Shown here: positions 1 through 9,973 of the stretch, piece by piece
Numbering within the stretch: position 1 is the first letter of the stretch
Layout: each line of letters starts with the position of its first letter
From: an uncultured Alphaproteobacteria bacterium
GTDB lineage: Bacteria; Pseudomonadota; Alphaproteobacteria; Rs-D84
NCBI GenBank assembly: GCA_904502245.1
Contig: CAJGDN010000002.1
Location: 1 to 35,899 of the forward strand
Direction of reading: 5' to 3'
DNA length: 35,899 bases
Program-made: the position numbers and the translations under genes
Notes under the pieces: model-generated
Seen by the model: only the letters and a program-made list of their open reading frames with translations
What the model was told of the DNA's origin: nothing
Database searches by the model: none

Positions 1-34
1 TAATTCTGTGTGAGATATAATAAAAGGATTCTAA

Positions 35-295
35 ATGACAGAAAAAAAACGTTCTATGTTAAGATCTTTGGCTGGTACATCAGGTGCTTTTGGGATACTT
101 CTTGCGCTGTGCGCAGTTGGAACATCAGACTTTCATGATGAACTGCAATTTGCAGACGAAGAAACACGTCAACATTATGAAAACAAGATTATCAGCGAAA
201 AATCATGTGTTAAACTGACTGGACTTGCCACAGTGTTTATGTTAGGCGGGGCCGCAGGGTTAATATTAACCGAAAAGAAAGGCAGAAAGCGTTAA
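35..295 (+). CDS. small membrane protein with two predicted TM helices, basic termini and a Cys...SDF-x-D-E loop
   Basis: ATG at 35 is preceded by AAAGGA (22-27). 86 aa with hydrophobic segments GAFGILLALCAVG and LTGLATVFMLGGAAGLIL. A hairpin terminator follows. Same architecture as the 33903-34109 product. Confidence 0.5.
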   Translation: MTEKKRSMLRSLAGTSGAFGILLALCAVGTSDFHDELQFADEETRQHYENKIISEKSCVKLTGLATVFMLGGAAGLILTEKKGRKR

Positions 296-324
296 TACAC
301 ACCATAAAAACATTTTAAATTAAT

Positions 325-352
325 AACCGCCCAATCGGGCGGTTATTTTTTT
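325..352. terminator. bidirectional intrinsic terminator between convergent genes
   Basis: aaccgccc-aatc-gggcggtt gives a perfect 8 bp stem. A-rich sequence lies upstream and a T7 run (346-352) downstream. Confidence 0.8.
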
Positions 353-354
353 CG

Positions 355-3300
355 TTAAAATTCATATCTGAATTTTGCACGACCGGTTTGCGATGTGTAA
401 TCTGCACGCGCCTCAATATCATAACTGAGCGCCATGTTCAGTGGCCCATACATCATGCCGATTTCAACGCCAACCTCGTTCGCAATACGAGACAGACCTT
501 CGCCCGACAGCGAATACGCACTTACGCCTGGTATCGCCACCGTTACACGATTATCGTCTGATATCAAATCATACTTTAACGCATAATGTAATGCCGGACG
601 CAGAACCCACCCATTATCCATTAATACATCAAAACCATAACGCGTACCAAGCGATGCCGTCAGATAATTACTGCTGTCAATCTTGTTTCTGATACCCATG
701 CTGTTTGTATAGTTCACAGAATCAAGATAGATATAGCGCAAAGATACTTCTGGTGTTATACCACCAATGAAATCATACCCAAATGCAACGTTTGCGCCAA
801 ATGCATCCATATCATAGTCTGACGATACCGCCAACCCCAGCGCAGAACCACGTTCAGAATAATCAGATGTCGTATAGTTCATAACTGCATTCATGTACCA
901 ATTGCTGGGCTTGTACTGAGCATAGACAAATACAGAATGTGAATCTATTTCCGTATTACGTGCAGACGCGCCAATGTCAGAATGCCCAAACATATAACCC
1001 GCCCCAAGTGTCAGAACTTCATTAAATATCCCGTCAATACCGGCGGCAATTCCACGAGTGTACGCATTGAACGCATCACTGTGTTTAGATTTATTGTACA
1101 GACCCTGGGCCCATATGCCACCCGGCAACATGCGAACATCACCACCATTGCGCCCCATTGCCGTCAAACCCATTCGTTCAGCCGCAACACCCGCCACAGA
1201 ACGCTGAATCCCCATACCAATTGATTGAGACACAGATTCTGTTTCTGGATTTATCGCAACAACAGCTTCTTTGACATTCGAACGCGCATCGGGCATACCG
1301 GATGCCAAACTGTTCTGAATCAAAACAGACAAATCATTTAATGGCGACGATGTTGATGAAGCCACACCCGCAACTGTACGCGCCACGTCATCAGACAAAT
1401 CATTTTGGGACGCAATATCAGATACTGATTTTACTGTCGCCGTCACATCTCCGCCGTTCCAGGCCAGGTCATAAATCGGACTGCTGATATCAACGCTGTT
1501 AAACATCTGACTTCCAAACACCTTGTACGTGCCGGCATTGTCAAACGACAGTTTTATTGTGCCTTCGCCTGTAAAACCACCATTGCTTGTGACATTAATT
1601 TGGGCAGTATCGGCTGTACGTAATGTCGCCAACATTGTACCATCCAGCGCAATCGCCCCCTGGGTCACAGACGACATACCAATATCTAGAACTGCACCAG
1701 TGGCAACATTTAATGTCCCGCCACCCGTTATTCCGCCAACAATCGTCGCATTTTTGTTAAAGTTCACAGTACCATCATTATAGATATCATTTCCAACATT
1801 ATTTGCGGTATTACCACGAAATGTGGCATCACCATTAAATGTTATTGTGTCATTATTATATATTGCGCCCCCCATACCACCGGCATGATTATTTACAAAT
1901 GCAACGTTATTGTTAAACACGATTTTAGATGTACCTGTTGAACCACCAGATTCGGCAACCGCGTTCCATATCGCACCGCCATTTAATGTGGCATTATTAT
2001 TTACAAAGCGCGTGGCACCGTTGACTGTTATTTCTGCGTCTTGCCCTGCCCCATCAAATGCACGCGACACAATTGCACCACCGTGGGCACTGGATTTATT
2101 TGATTCAAATAAATTAGTCCCTGTTTCTGTTCCGACAATCAATGCAGTGGTACCGGTATTGCCACGATTATGAATTGCACCGCCGCCACTTTTTGTTGCA
2201 CCTGTGTCACGCGCAATATTGCCAACGAAAATATTTTCTGTCCCCAAGATATTCATATCCCCGGCATTGAATACCGCACCACCATACCCTGCATTTGAAG
2301 AATTATTTGAAAACGATACATTTTTGGCAATAAATGAAACCAAACCACCGTTGTCTAATGCGCCTGCTGAACTGGACGTTGCGTTAGACGCAAACAATAT
2401 ATTGCCAGTTGTGTTTGCACTGGCAGTCCCAGAGTTTTTTATTCCACCACCATTACTGCCCGTATTGCTGGTAAAGACAAGGTCGCCACCCGTCAGGGAA
2501 ACCGTACCCAAATTAACCAATGCGCCATTTAAATTGTTTGTATTAGACGTAAAATTTGCCCCCTTGGCAAAAGTTACTGTGCCAGACGTATTATTATTTA
2601 GCAACGTGCCAACACCTGTATTCCCAGTAAAATTTGCCGAATCCGCAAACGACAGCTTACTGTTGGATTCATCCAAAAATATCGCGGACGCACCAGCAGC
2701 AGTATTGTTTGCAAATGTTGCCGCCTTTTCAAATTCTAGGTTACCACCCAGAATCGCAATCGCACCACCACTTGTACCGGCTGTGTTCCCTGTAAATTCC
2801 GCATCGCTGTTAAATATCATATCACCACCCGCGATTATTGCACCACCACGACTGGCACTTTCATTGCCGTTAAATGTGGCACTGTCCGCAAAAACAATCA
2901 TACCACCGCGATGATTGATTGCGCCACCGCCGGAAAAGACACTGTTTGAAGATGCGGTCACTTTATTGCCACTGAATGTAGTCGCGCCCAAAAATAATAC
3001 ATCAGGGGCTGTCGCCGTACCGTTACCATAATTAAATATTGCACCACCACCGTTTGTATTATTCGTGGCATTGTCATTAAATACAGATTTTCCGTCAAAA
3101 ACAATTTTACCACCCTGGGTATATCCAGAACCACTGATTGATGACAACCAACCATTTCCAATCACGCCACCCATACCGCCATCATTCAGCGAATTTCCAA
3201 CAAACAAAGTTTCACCATCAAATAACAGCGTTACATCAGGAACATCCTGCATATAAAACACACCACCATTATTTGCAGTTGTAGATGCGATATTTTCGGC

Positions 3301-3423
3301 AACCAGATTATTGTATGTTGTATTTTCTGAAATCACCTGACGGGTGGTAACAGTATCTGCAATTGCCGGCATAACCAATAATGCAGGCAAGATAGAAATT
3401 TTAAATAATATGCTATGTTTCAT
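355..3423 (-). CDS. autotransporter outer-membrane protein with a polymorphic-membrane-protein (Pmp) type repeat passenger
   Basis: 1022 aa. Signal peptide MKHSILFKISILPALLVMPAIADT. The passenger has many GGAI/GGAIxN plus FxxN repeats (e.g. GGAINHRGGMIVFADSATFNGN, GGAIIAGGDMIFNSDAEFTGN). The C-terminal ~280 aa alternates like a beta-barrel and ends RYEF, with an aromatic terminal residue. Confidence 0.85.
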   Translation of the reverse strand: MKHSILFKISILPALLVMPAIADTVTTRQVISENTTYNNLVAENIASTTANNGGVFYMQDVPDVTLLFDGETLFVGNSLNDGGMGGVIGNGWLSSISGSGYTQGGKIVFDGKSVFNDNATNNTNGGGAIFNYGNGTATAPDVLFLGATTFSGNKVTASSNSVFSGGGAINHRGGMIVFADSATFNGNESASRGGAIIAGGDMIFNSDAEFTGNTAGTSGGAIAILGGNLEFEKAATFANNTAAGASAIFLDESNSKLSFADSANFTGNTGVGTLLNNNTSGTVTFAKGANFTSNTNNLNGALVNLGTVSLTGGDLVFTSNTGSNGGGIKNSGTASANTTGNILFASNATSSSAGALDNGGLVSFIAKNVSFSNNSSNAGYGGAVFNAGDMNILGTENIFVGNIARDTGATKSGGGAIHNRGNTGTTALIVGTETGTNLFESNKSSAHGGAIVSRAFDGAGQDAEITVNGATRFVNNNATLNGGAIWNAVAESGGSTGTSKIVFNNNVAFVNNHAGGMGGAIYNNDTITFNGDATFRGNTANNVGNDIYNDGTVNFNKNATIVGGITGGGTLNVATGAVLDIGMSSVTQGAIALDGTMLATLRTADTAQINVTSNGGFTGEGTIKLSFDNAGTYKVFGSQMFNSVDISSPIYDLAWNGGDVTATVKSVSDIASQNDLSDDVARTVAGVASSTSSPLNDLSVLIQNSLASGMPDARSNVKEAVVAINPETESVSQSIGMGIQRSVAGVAAERMGLTAMGRNGGDVRMLPGGIWAQGLYNKSKHSDAFNAYTRGIAAGIDGIFNEVLTLGAGYMFGHSDIGASARNTEIDSHSVFVYAQYKPSNWYMNAVMNYTTSDYSERGSALGLAVSSDYDMDAFGANVAFGYDFIGGITPEVSLRYIYLDSVNYTNSMGIRNKIDSSNYLTASLGTRYGFDVLMDNGWVLRPALHYALKYDLISDDNRVTVAIPGVSAYSLSGEGLSRIANEVGVEIGMMYGPLNMALSYDIEARADYTSQTGRAKFRYEF

Positions 3424-3500
3424 ATATCATCCTTTTTTTAGTTTGACGATATATGTATAAAACTTTAAACAGTAAAAATAACTAGGTTCGTTTTCATACA

Positions 3501-3526
3501 AAAAAACCGGCAAAAGCCGGCATTTT
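3501..3526 (-). terminator. intrinsic terminator after the downstream kinase-like gene
   Basis: ccggc-aaaa-gccgg hairpin (3507-3520). On the minus strand it is followed by a T7 run (3501-3506 region). Confidence 0.55.
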
Positions 3527-3528
3527 GA

Positions 3529-4281
3529 TTAATTTTTTCTGCGCTTTTTTGCATAATATAATTTTGTGTATTCTGACAAAATCTCTATCATCAAACCACG
3601 AATTCCATTCTTGTCCCAGAAATGTTCCGCGCCCGTCAAAGATTCTTTAAAATCACAAAACGCCATCTTTTCACAATCAATAAAACCGACAATATTTAAA
3701 TCATCATCCAGCATAAAGTTATTTCCAATATCATTATGAAACCAACCATACAGATAATCAGGATCGGCATCAGATACAGGTTTTAAATCAGACAATTCTG
3801 ACGGATCAGAATTGCCGATAACATACAAGAAATTAGCCAGCTGTTGCGCAATTTTTGTTTTATTTTTATTTATATAGACCGGTGAAAAATCCGTCAGCAT
3901 TTTACCCGGAATATATTCATAACGCCGAACAATACTGTTATTGTATTTTATTAATTCCATTTCTGGAAATCGTATTGGCGTAATATTTTTGAACGCCGTT
4001 ACAACACGCGATTCATGGTACGCACGCGATTCGCGTCCTGGAATCAAAAAGAATTTAAACACATGTTCATCATTTAATAACACAACCAGATTGTGACATC
4101 CAACACCAAATTCAACAGATAATTTTTTTACACCACCACAATTTTTATCCGCCCAGCGACGTACATATTTTACATATTTATAAATCGATGGATTATTTAA
4201 AATAACACGAACCTTGCTGCGAGTCTTCTTATTTGGAATAAAACCACAAATAATATTTGAAAAAATATGTCTAAGAGCCAT
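3529..4281 (-). CDS. APH/choline-kinase-fold phosphotransferase, paralogue 2
   Basis: Start moved to the internal ATG (MALRHIFSNIICGFIPNKK), which aligns with the N-terminus of the upstream paralogue. Motifs: VFKF (Lys), FHNDIGNNF (HxDxxxxN catalytic loop), FIDCE (metal-binding Asp). Confidence 0.6.
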   Translation of the reverse strand: MALRHIFSNIICGFIPNKKTRSKVRVILNNPSIYKYVKYVRRWADKNCGGVKKLSVEFGVGCHNLVVLLNDEHVFKFFLIPGRESRAYHESRVVTAFKNITPIRFPEMELIKYNNSIVRRYEYIPGKMLTDFSPVYINKNKTKIAQQLANFLYVIGNSDPSELSDLKPVSDADPDYLYGWFHNDIGNNFMLDDDLNIVGFIDCEKMAFCDFKESLTGAEHFWDKNGIRGLMIEILSEYTKLYYAKKRRKN

Positions 4282-5008
4282 TTTGTCCCCCATCAAACAA
4301 CTTATCATATTCACGTAACACGGCACGCATCAGTTCACGATTTGGAGAACGTTTGTCCGCAGTAAACGTCGCAGAAAAATCGCCAAAATAACAATCTTCC
4401 CAATCTATAAAAGATATTATCTTCATTGTATTCATATCTACAAAAAAATTATCCCCAATATCACCGTGAAACCAGCCATATTTATAACCTGGTCGCGCAT
4501 CCGGCACAGGTTTCAGATCACGAATCTGTTCAAGATCACAGGATGCCAACGTATGAATAAAACCGGCAATTTGTGGCGCTAATTTTTTTATATTTTTTAA
4601 CGCAATGTCTGTCGGCATTTCACGTAGACGCACCCCACATACAAATGGATAGCGACGAACCAACATTCCACGATGCATGAATACATCAACTGGTGGAATA
4701 TTTATTGGCGATATGGAAACAAATGCATCAACAAGCCTTTTTTCACGCATCGCCAGTTCATCAGAATCAGAACGACGCAACGGAAACTTGAACACATATT
4801 CATCATTTACACTGATTATTAAATTGCGCGCCTGATACCCAACAAATGTTTTTAGTTTTTTTATTGGACGACCTGTATTTTTGCGAACAAATCGCACATA
4901 AGACAGCATAGGAGAATTCATAATGACACGTAAACGCTTGCGCTTGTCTTTGTTATAAACACAACCACATATAATATTTGTAAAAAATCGCCGAATTTTA
5001 CCCGCCAT
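4271..5008 (-). CDS. APH/choline-kinase-fold phosphotransferase, paralogue 1
   Basis: 245 aa. Motifs: VFKF, FHGDIGDNF (HxDxxxxN) and FIDWED (IDWE as in the APH family). N-terminal FTNIICGCVYNKDKRKRLRV motif. Collinear similarity with 3529-4281. Confidence 0.65.
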   Translation of the reverse strand: MAGKIRRFFTNIICGCVYNKDKRKRLRVIMNSPMLSYVRFVRKNTGRPIKKLKTFVGYQARNLIISVNDEYVFKFPLRRSDSDELAMREKRLVDAFVSISPINIPPVDVFMHRGMLVRRYPFVCGVRLREMPTDIALKNIKKLAPQIAGFIHTLASCDLEQIRDLKPVPDARPGYKYGWFHGDIGDNFFVDMNTMKIISFIDWEDCYFGDFSATFTADKRSPNRELMRAVLREYDKLFDGGQNGS

Positions 5009-5097
5009 GATATATGTATCCTAGGTTAAAAAAATATTAGGTGCAAGGAAAAGTTTCATTTGAAAAATACAATAAATACGTGTAGTATGTAAACCAC

Positions 5098-5172
5098 GGT
5101 CCCATCGTCTAGCGGTTAGGACATCAGATTCTCATTCTGGTAACACGGGTTCGATTCCCGTTGGGACTGCCA
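5098..5172 (+). tRNA. tRNA-Glu (anticodon CUC)
   Basis: A 75 nt cloverleaf folds by hand. Acceptor ggtccca/tgggact (G-U at 1-72). Anticodon stem tcaga/tctgg with loop ttCTCat (anticodon 5131-5133). T arm acggg-ttcgatt-cccgt. Encoded CCA. The overall sequence is typical of bacterial tRNA-Glu. Confidence 0.9.
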
Positions 5173-5204
5173 TTTTTGTATTTTGCACAGTTAAGGTTTA
5201 AATA

Positions 5205-6047
5205 ATGGCAAATACTATAAAATACGACGATAATTCACCTGTATTTTTATTTACAAACGAAAACATACAGGAATACATTGCAAAATCTGGTGGCGCAACA
5301 AACAAAAATATTTTGACAGTCGCCAGTTCTGGCGATCATGCGTTCGAAGCATTGTTGGCTGGCGCAAAGCGGGTTGATATATTTGATATAAACAAAATGC
5401 AAAAAGCGGTCGTAGATTTAAAATCAAAAATGATACAGCATTTGGATTACGGCGAATTTATGGATTTCTTTTTTTCAAAACGCATGCAATTTAAATTAGA
5501 ACTGTTAACCAAAATCGATCAAAACATAACCCCAGACGAAATTATATTATTATTAGATTTAACCAGTGAAAATTATCGCATTTTTGAATCTGATCGTACC
5601 ATCGAAAATACATCGTATTTACAATACAGCGATAAATACAAAGACCTGAAGGTCAAATTGCCACACAGTTTTGATTTTAAACATGTAGACATAAAACAAT
5701 TACCACATGTGATTAATCAAAAATATGATTATGTAATGCTGTCGAATATTTATGAATCAATGCCAAAAAATAAAAAGAATGAAATTGATGCAATGAACGA
5801 TTTCTATAAACAAGTTTTAAATCCACTGTCTGCAAACCTGAATGATAATGGCATAATATTCCTGGACTATATGTGGTCACCAGACGACACGCCGACAGAT
5901 CAATTCTTAAATTTCTGGAAATCTTTTTTTACTGTCATGAACAAAAAAATACAAAAACATCACAGGATGGATATATGCACCGTAAAATCAAACATGACAA
6001 ACCAACCATTTGATTTTGTCGTGCGCATGCAACAAAAATATAGGTAA
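5205..6047 (+). CDS. DUF3419/BtaA-like SAM-binding protein (short form)
   Basis: 280 aa with AAGG RBS at 5193-5196. ILTVASSGDHAFEALLAGAKRVDIFDINKMQKAVVDLKSKMIQHLDYGEFMDFF matches my recollection of the DUF3419 N-terminal SAM-binding consensus (ItSgGcNaL...VDlNpaQ...LK...L.y.eF). Confidence 0.5.
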   Translation: MANTIKYDDNSPVFLFTNENIQEYIAKSGGATNKNILTVASSGDHAFEALLAGAKRVDIFDINKMQKAVVDLKSKMIQHLDYGEFMDFFFSKRMQFKLELLTKIDQNITPDEIILLLDLTSENYRIFESDRTIENTSYLQYSDKYKDLKVKLPHSFDFKHVDIKQLPHVINQKYDYVMLSNIYESMPKNKKNEIDAMNDFYKQVLNPLSANLNDNGIIFLDYMWSPDDTPTDQFLNFWKSFFTVMNKKIQKHHRMDICTVKSNMTNQPFDFVVRMQQKYR

Positions 6048-6050
6048 AGC

Positions 6051-6079
6051 AAAAAAAACGCCCGATTGGGCGTTTTCTT
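6051..6079. terminator. bidirectional intrinsic terminator
   Basis: A8 tract, then aaacgccc-gatt-gggcgttt (8 bp stem), then a T-rich tail. It lies between the convergent DUF3419-like gene and rpmH. Confidence 0.8.
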
Positions 6080-6080
6080 A

Positions 6081-6233
6081 TTATCTGACCGCAGACACTG
6101 CAATTCTTTTGCGACCCGCTGCGCGACGACGATTCAAAACTTCGCGGCCGCCCTTGGTTTCCATTCTGGCACGGAAGCCGTGTGTACGGATACGACGTGT
6201 CTTAGAAGGCTGATATGTACGTTTTGTTGCCAT
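6081..6233 (-). CDS. rpmH: 50S ribosomal protein L34
   Basis: Not in the ORF track because it is under 60 aa. My reverse-strand translation is [50 protein letters not shown] (50 aa), the canonical L34 sequence. Confidence 0.93.
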   Translation of the reverse strand: MATKRTYQPSKTRRIRTHGFRARMETKGGREVLNRRRAAGRKRIAVSAVR

Positions 6234-6477
6234 GACTTAATTCCCTTAGTTCTACTTTTCTTTTTTCGTTCCGCGTGCCCGAGCAGCATCATAAGCACCC
6301 AGAAAAAATCCGTTTGTGCGTCTATTTAATCACACGAATTATAAAAACGCAACTATTTTCTTTAAATTATTTTGATTTTACCAACCCCATCTTTTTTAAG
6401 CCCTCTAAAAACAAATAATATACAAATATAGATGTTAATAATCTGTAAAATGGTAAAAACATATCTTGTACCCCTGT

Positions 6478-6669
6478 TTACTTTTGCTTTTGCTGCATTA
6501 AACGTTTAACACAACGTGCAACATCAATCATATCTATTACACGATCAATCCCCCACGCATAACATGTATAATACGCACGTACTAATCTATCATCACGCGA
6601 CGCTTCGCGGGCATCGTTAATAATCTGTTGACCTTCTTTTAAATCTTGTTTTATCTGCTCTAGTTTCAT
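6478..6669 (-). CDS. hypothetical small protein (63 aa)
   Basis: The internal ATG at 6669 is preceded by AAGGAGA. MKLEQIKQDLKEGQQIIND... looks helical. No recognisable family. Confidence 0.4.
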   Translation of the reverse strand: MKLEQIKQDLKEGQQIINDAREASRDDRLVRAYYTCYAWGIDRVIDMIDVARCVKRLMQQKQK

Positions 6670-6736
6670 CTTTATTCTCCTTATAAACATTACCACAAAC
6701 AACAGTTTTGTCAAACGTTTTTTTAACCTTTATTTC

Positions 6737-6766
6737 TTGACGAAAAGCCTATAAATCTGCTATGTT
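6737..6766 (+). promoter_or_regulatory. candidate sigma70 promoter for gyrA
   Basis: TTGACG (6737-6742), a 17-18 nt spacer, then cTATGTt (6760-6766), about 30 nt upstream of the gyrA ATG. Confidence 0.3.
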
Positions 6767-6796
6767 TTGTGTGTTATTAACAATAGGAAAGGCAGT

Positions 6797-9523
6797 ATGT
6801 CAGAAAATATCAATGAAGTGAATGAAGTAAAAGTTCCACAGTCTTCGTTGGAACACGAGATGCGAACCAGCTTCCTGGATTACGCAATGTCTGTTATCGT
6901 TGACCGCGCATTGCCAGATGTGCGCGACGGATGCAAACCTGTGCACCGCAGAATTCTGTATGTTATGAACGATGTTGCACCGGCAACAAAACCAACCGTT
7001 AAGTCTGCACGTATCGTCGGTGATGTTATGGGTAAATACCATCCACATGGCGACAGTTCTATTTATGAAGCCATGGTGCGTATGGGTCAAGACTTTTCAA
7101 TGGGCGAAATGCTGGTTCAGGGTCAGGGTAACTTTGGTTCACGCGACGGTGACAAAGCTGCGGCCATGCGTTATACTGAGGCACGCCTGTCAAAACTGGG
7201 TGCATCATTGATGGACGATATGGACAAGGATACAGTTGATTGGATGCCAAACTTTGACGGCAGCTTGCAAGAACCGGTTGTTTTGCCAACAAAATTCCCA
7301 AACTTCTTGGTAAATGGCGGTTCAGGTATTGCGGTTGGTATGGCAACAAACGTTCCAACATATAACCTGGGCGAAATTTGCAATGGTATATTGGCAATCT
7401 TGGATAATAAAAATTTAACTGACGATGAATTGTTCGGAATCATCCCAGGGCCAGACTTTCCAACAGGCGCAATGATTATGGGACACGCTGGTGCGTACAA
7501 GGCACACACAACTGGGCGCGGTTCAATCATCGTTCGTTCAAAAACACATATGGAAGATTTTCGCGATCACCAGGCAATTATCGTTGATGAAATTCCATAT
7601 CAGGTAAACAAAGCACAACTGATTATCAAAATCGCAGAATTAATCAAAGATAAACGCATCGAAGGCATTTCTGAAATTCGCGACGAATCATCCAAGGAAG
7701 GTTTACGTATCGTTATTGAATTGAAACGCGACGCAATTTCCGAAGTAGTATTGAACCACTTGTTCCAATACACAGAAATGCAGACCAGTTTCCCTGTTAA
7801 TATGATGGCACTGAACCGTGGCAAGCCGATGCTGTTTAACGTTCGTGGCGTACTGGACGCATTTATTGATTTCCGCGCCGAAGTTATTCGTCGCCGTACA
7901 ATCTTTGATTTGAACAAGGCACGCAATCGCGCACACACTTTATTAGGTCTGTCTGTTGCGGTCGGCAATTTGGACGAAGTTATAGAACTGATTAAATCCA
8001 GTCCAAATCCAGACGTCGCACGCGAAGCGTTAATTTCACGCGGATGGAAGGCATCAGATATCGAATCATATATCCAACTGATTGATGATCCAAACACAGA
8101 ATACAAGGACGGCATGTTCTATATGTCCGAAGACCAGGCGCGCGCAATTCTGGAATTACAATTACATCGTCTGACAGGACTGGAACGCGATAAAATTCAC
8201 AATGATTTAACAACATTGGGCGCAACAATTCGTGACCTGTTGGAAATTTTAGGCAGTCAGGAACGCATTGTTCAAATTATTCGCGACGAAACAACCGCTG
8301 TGCGCGACAACTGGGCATCACCACGTCGTACAGAAATTTCAGATGCAGAAATCGATATCGATATCGAAGATTTGATTGCGCGCGAAGATATGGTTATTAC
8401 CGTTTCCAACACCGGATATATTAAACGCGTCGCACTGGATACATATCGTGCACAAAAACGTGGCGGCAAAGGACGTAACGCAATGGCAACAAAAGACGAC
8501 GACTATGTTGTACAGGTATTTGTTGCAAACACACATACACCATTGCTGTTCTTCAGTTCCAAGGGTCTGTGTTATAAATTAAAAACATATAAATTACCAG
8601 AAGCCGCGGCAGCTGCCAAGGGACGACCATTGGTAAATCTGTTACCACTGGAAAACGGAGAAACAATTACTGCGATTTTGCCAGTATCCGAAGAAGACGC
8701 TGCACGCGTGGCAGAATCAGACAAAGAACACTTCTTGATGTTTGCGACTGCATCGGGTACCGTACGCCGTAACCGTATGTCTGATTTCGATTCAATTCGC
8801 GCAAATGGAAAAATCGCAATGAAACTGGATGAAGGCGACAGCTTGATTTCTGTTATGCCATGTACCGAAGACCAAGATGTATTCTTGGCCACATATCGCG
8901 GTCGCGCAATTCGATTCCCTGTGCCAGAAATTCGCGTATTCGCCGGCCGCAATTCAACCGGTGTACGCGGTATCACGCTGGGCGCAGATGACCGTATTAT
9001 CGGCATGTCAATGCTGAATCGCGGTGAATCTGATTCATCTGTACGCGCAGCATATATCAAGCAATCACGTGCCGCACGCCGTGCAGAAACAGGTATTGAA
9101 GAAGAAGCAGACGCAGACGAAGAAGAAACAACAATCGTTCTGAGTGATGAAAAAATGGCCGAAATGGCAGCACGCGAAGAATTTATTCTGACCATTTCTG
9201 AAAACGGTTTCGGCAAACGCACCAGTTCGTACGAATACCGTCTGACACATCGTGGTGGTGGTGGATTTACCAACATCAAACTGGGTGGAAAAAATACGGC
9301 TGTGGCCGGTTCGTTCCCAGTTGAAGATGACCATGATATTATCATGGTAACAGATGGTGGTAAAATCATTCGCACGCCAGTAGACGACGTTCGCATCGCA
9401 GGTCGCAGCACCGCCGGCGTTACATTGTTCCGCACTGCGGATAATGAAAAAGTCGTATCTGCCATTTCTATTGAAGGCGCAGACGAAGAAGAAGCAACAG
9501 AAGAAACAATAGTTTCAGAATAA
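6797..9523 (+). CDS. gyrA: DNA gyrase subunit A
   Basis: Start taken at MSENINEV. It has the canonical N-terminus ([30 protein letters not shown]) and active-site [10 protein letters not shown]. The C-terminal domain is beta-pinwheel-like, with an acidic insert and an acidic tail. Confidence 0.95.
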   Translation: MSENINEVNEVKVPQSSLEHEMRTSFLDYAMSVIVDRALPDVRDGCKPVHRRILYVMNDVAPATKPTVKSARIVGDVMGKYHPHGDSSIYEAMVRMGQDFSMGEMLVQGQGNFGSRDGDKAAAMRYTEARLSKLGASLMDDMDKDTVDWMPNFDGSLQEPVVLPTKFPNFLVNGGSGIAVGMATNVPTYNLGEICNGILAILDNKNLTDDELFGIIPGPDFPTGAMIMGHAGAYKAHTTGRGSIIVRSKTHMEDFRDHQAIIVDEIPYQVNKAQLIIKIAELIKDKRIEGISEIRDESSKEGLRIVIELKRDAISEVVLNHLFQYTEMQTSFPVNMMALNRGKPMLFNVRGVLDAFIDFRAEVIRRRTIFDLNKARNRAHTLLGLSVAVGNLDEVIELIKSSPNPDVAREALISRGWKASDIESYIQLIDDPNTEYKDGMFYMSEDQARAILELQLHRLTGLERDKIHNDLTTLGATIRDLLEILGSQERIVQIIRDETTAVRDNWASPRRTEISDAEIDIDIEDLIAREDMVITVSNTGYIKRVALDTYRAQKRGGKGRNAMATKDDDYVVQVFVANTHTPLLFFSSKGLCYKLKTYKLPEAAAAAKGRPLVNLLPLENGETITAILPVSEEDAARVAESDKEHFLMFATASGTVRRNRMSDFDSIRANGKIAMKLDEGDSLISVMPCTEDQDVFLATYRGRAIRFPVPEIRVFAGRNSTGVRGITLGADDRIIGMSMLNRGESDSSVRAAYIKQSRAARRAETGIEEEADADEEETTIVLSDEKMAEMAAREEFILTISENGFGKRTSSYEYRLTHRGGGGFTNIKLGGKNTAVAGSFPVEDDHDIIMVTDGGKIIRTPVDDVRIAGRSTAGVTLFRTADNEKVVSAISIEGADEEEATEETIVSE

Positions 9524-9544
9524 TAAACAAAGGAATATGTCGGC

Positions 9545-9922
9545 ATGGAAAACTTAAACGAATACTTTGCATCGATAAACGAAGTTTCAAAACAATTGGC
9601 CGTGCCGGCACATACCCTGCGATATTGGGAAAAACAGTTTCCAACCGCAATTCGACCAACAACCGGGGCGGGCGGGCGCAGATATTACAGAACAGAAACC
9701 GTAAATAAACTGATAAAGATAAAAGACCTGTTGTACACACATGGCATGACAATTGCAGGGGTAAAAAAATTACTGCGCGACGGAAACCTGTCCGGCAATT
9801 TGCCAGATGGCAACGCATCGCAATCGGTGGCAATGTCACAAAAAATCACCCCAACCTATTCGACCGATGAAATAGATACAGCAATAACATTGTTGGAAAA
9901 CGCAAAAAATATTTTGCAATAA
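9545..9922 (+). CDS. MerR-family HTH transcriptional regulator
   Basis: 125 aa. INEVSKQLAVPAHTLRYWEKQFP is a MerR-type N-terminal HTH of the kind conserved in alphaproteobacteria. Confidence 0.75.
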   Translation: MENLNEYFASINEVSKQLAVPAHTLRYWEKQFPTAIRPTTGAGGRRYYRTETVNKLIKIKDLLYTHGMTIAGVKKLLRDGNLSGNLPDGNASQSVAMSQKITPTYSTDEIDTAITLLENAKNILQ

Positions 9923-9933
9923 GAAAAGTTGTT

Positions 9934-9959
9934 AGTGGTTAGTATTAATACTAACCACT
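9934..9959. terminator. perfect 26 nt palindrome, probably a bidirectional terminator
   Basis: agtggttagtatt/aatactaaccact lies between the convergent MerR-like and DUF2147 genes. T-rich sequence flanks it on both strands. Confidence 0.6.
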
Positions 9960-9973
9960 GATTTATTAAGCCG

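Noticed and set aside
441-3256. Multiple plus-strand ORFs (441-692, 982-1224, 1523-1783, 1910-2173, 2204-2914, 3065-3256) and a same-strand, alternative-frame ORF (2958-3161), all inside the autotransporter gene
   Set aside because: All lie wholly within the 1022 aa autotransporter ORF. Their products are Pro/Thr/Val-rich low-complexity artefacts of reading the GGxI/FxxN repeat DNA in other frames. None has an RBS or independent signals.
5009-6080. tRNA-Glu as an integration site of a genomic island
   Set aside because: No integrase was found. I found no direct repeat of the tRNA 3' end by eye and no phage or IS genes on either side. Accessory-looking neighbours alone are insufficient.
6010-6329. 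ORFs 6010-6213 and 6066-6329 on the plus strand
   Set aside because: They are antisense to, and overlap, the unmistakable rpmH (L34) coding sequence and the terminator. The products are Arg/Cys-rich nonsense.
6800-9839. Antisense and off-frame ORFs across gyrA and the MerR gene (including the 324 aa ORF 8572-9546 and 9468-9839)
   Set aside because: They sit inside confidently identified genes on the opposite strand. The Ser/Arg-rich composition is typical of antisense reading and there are no start signals.
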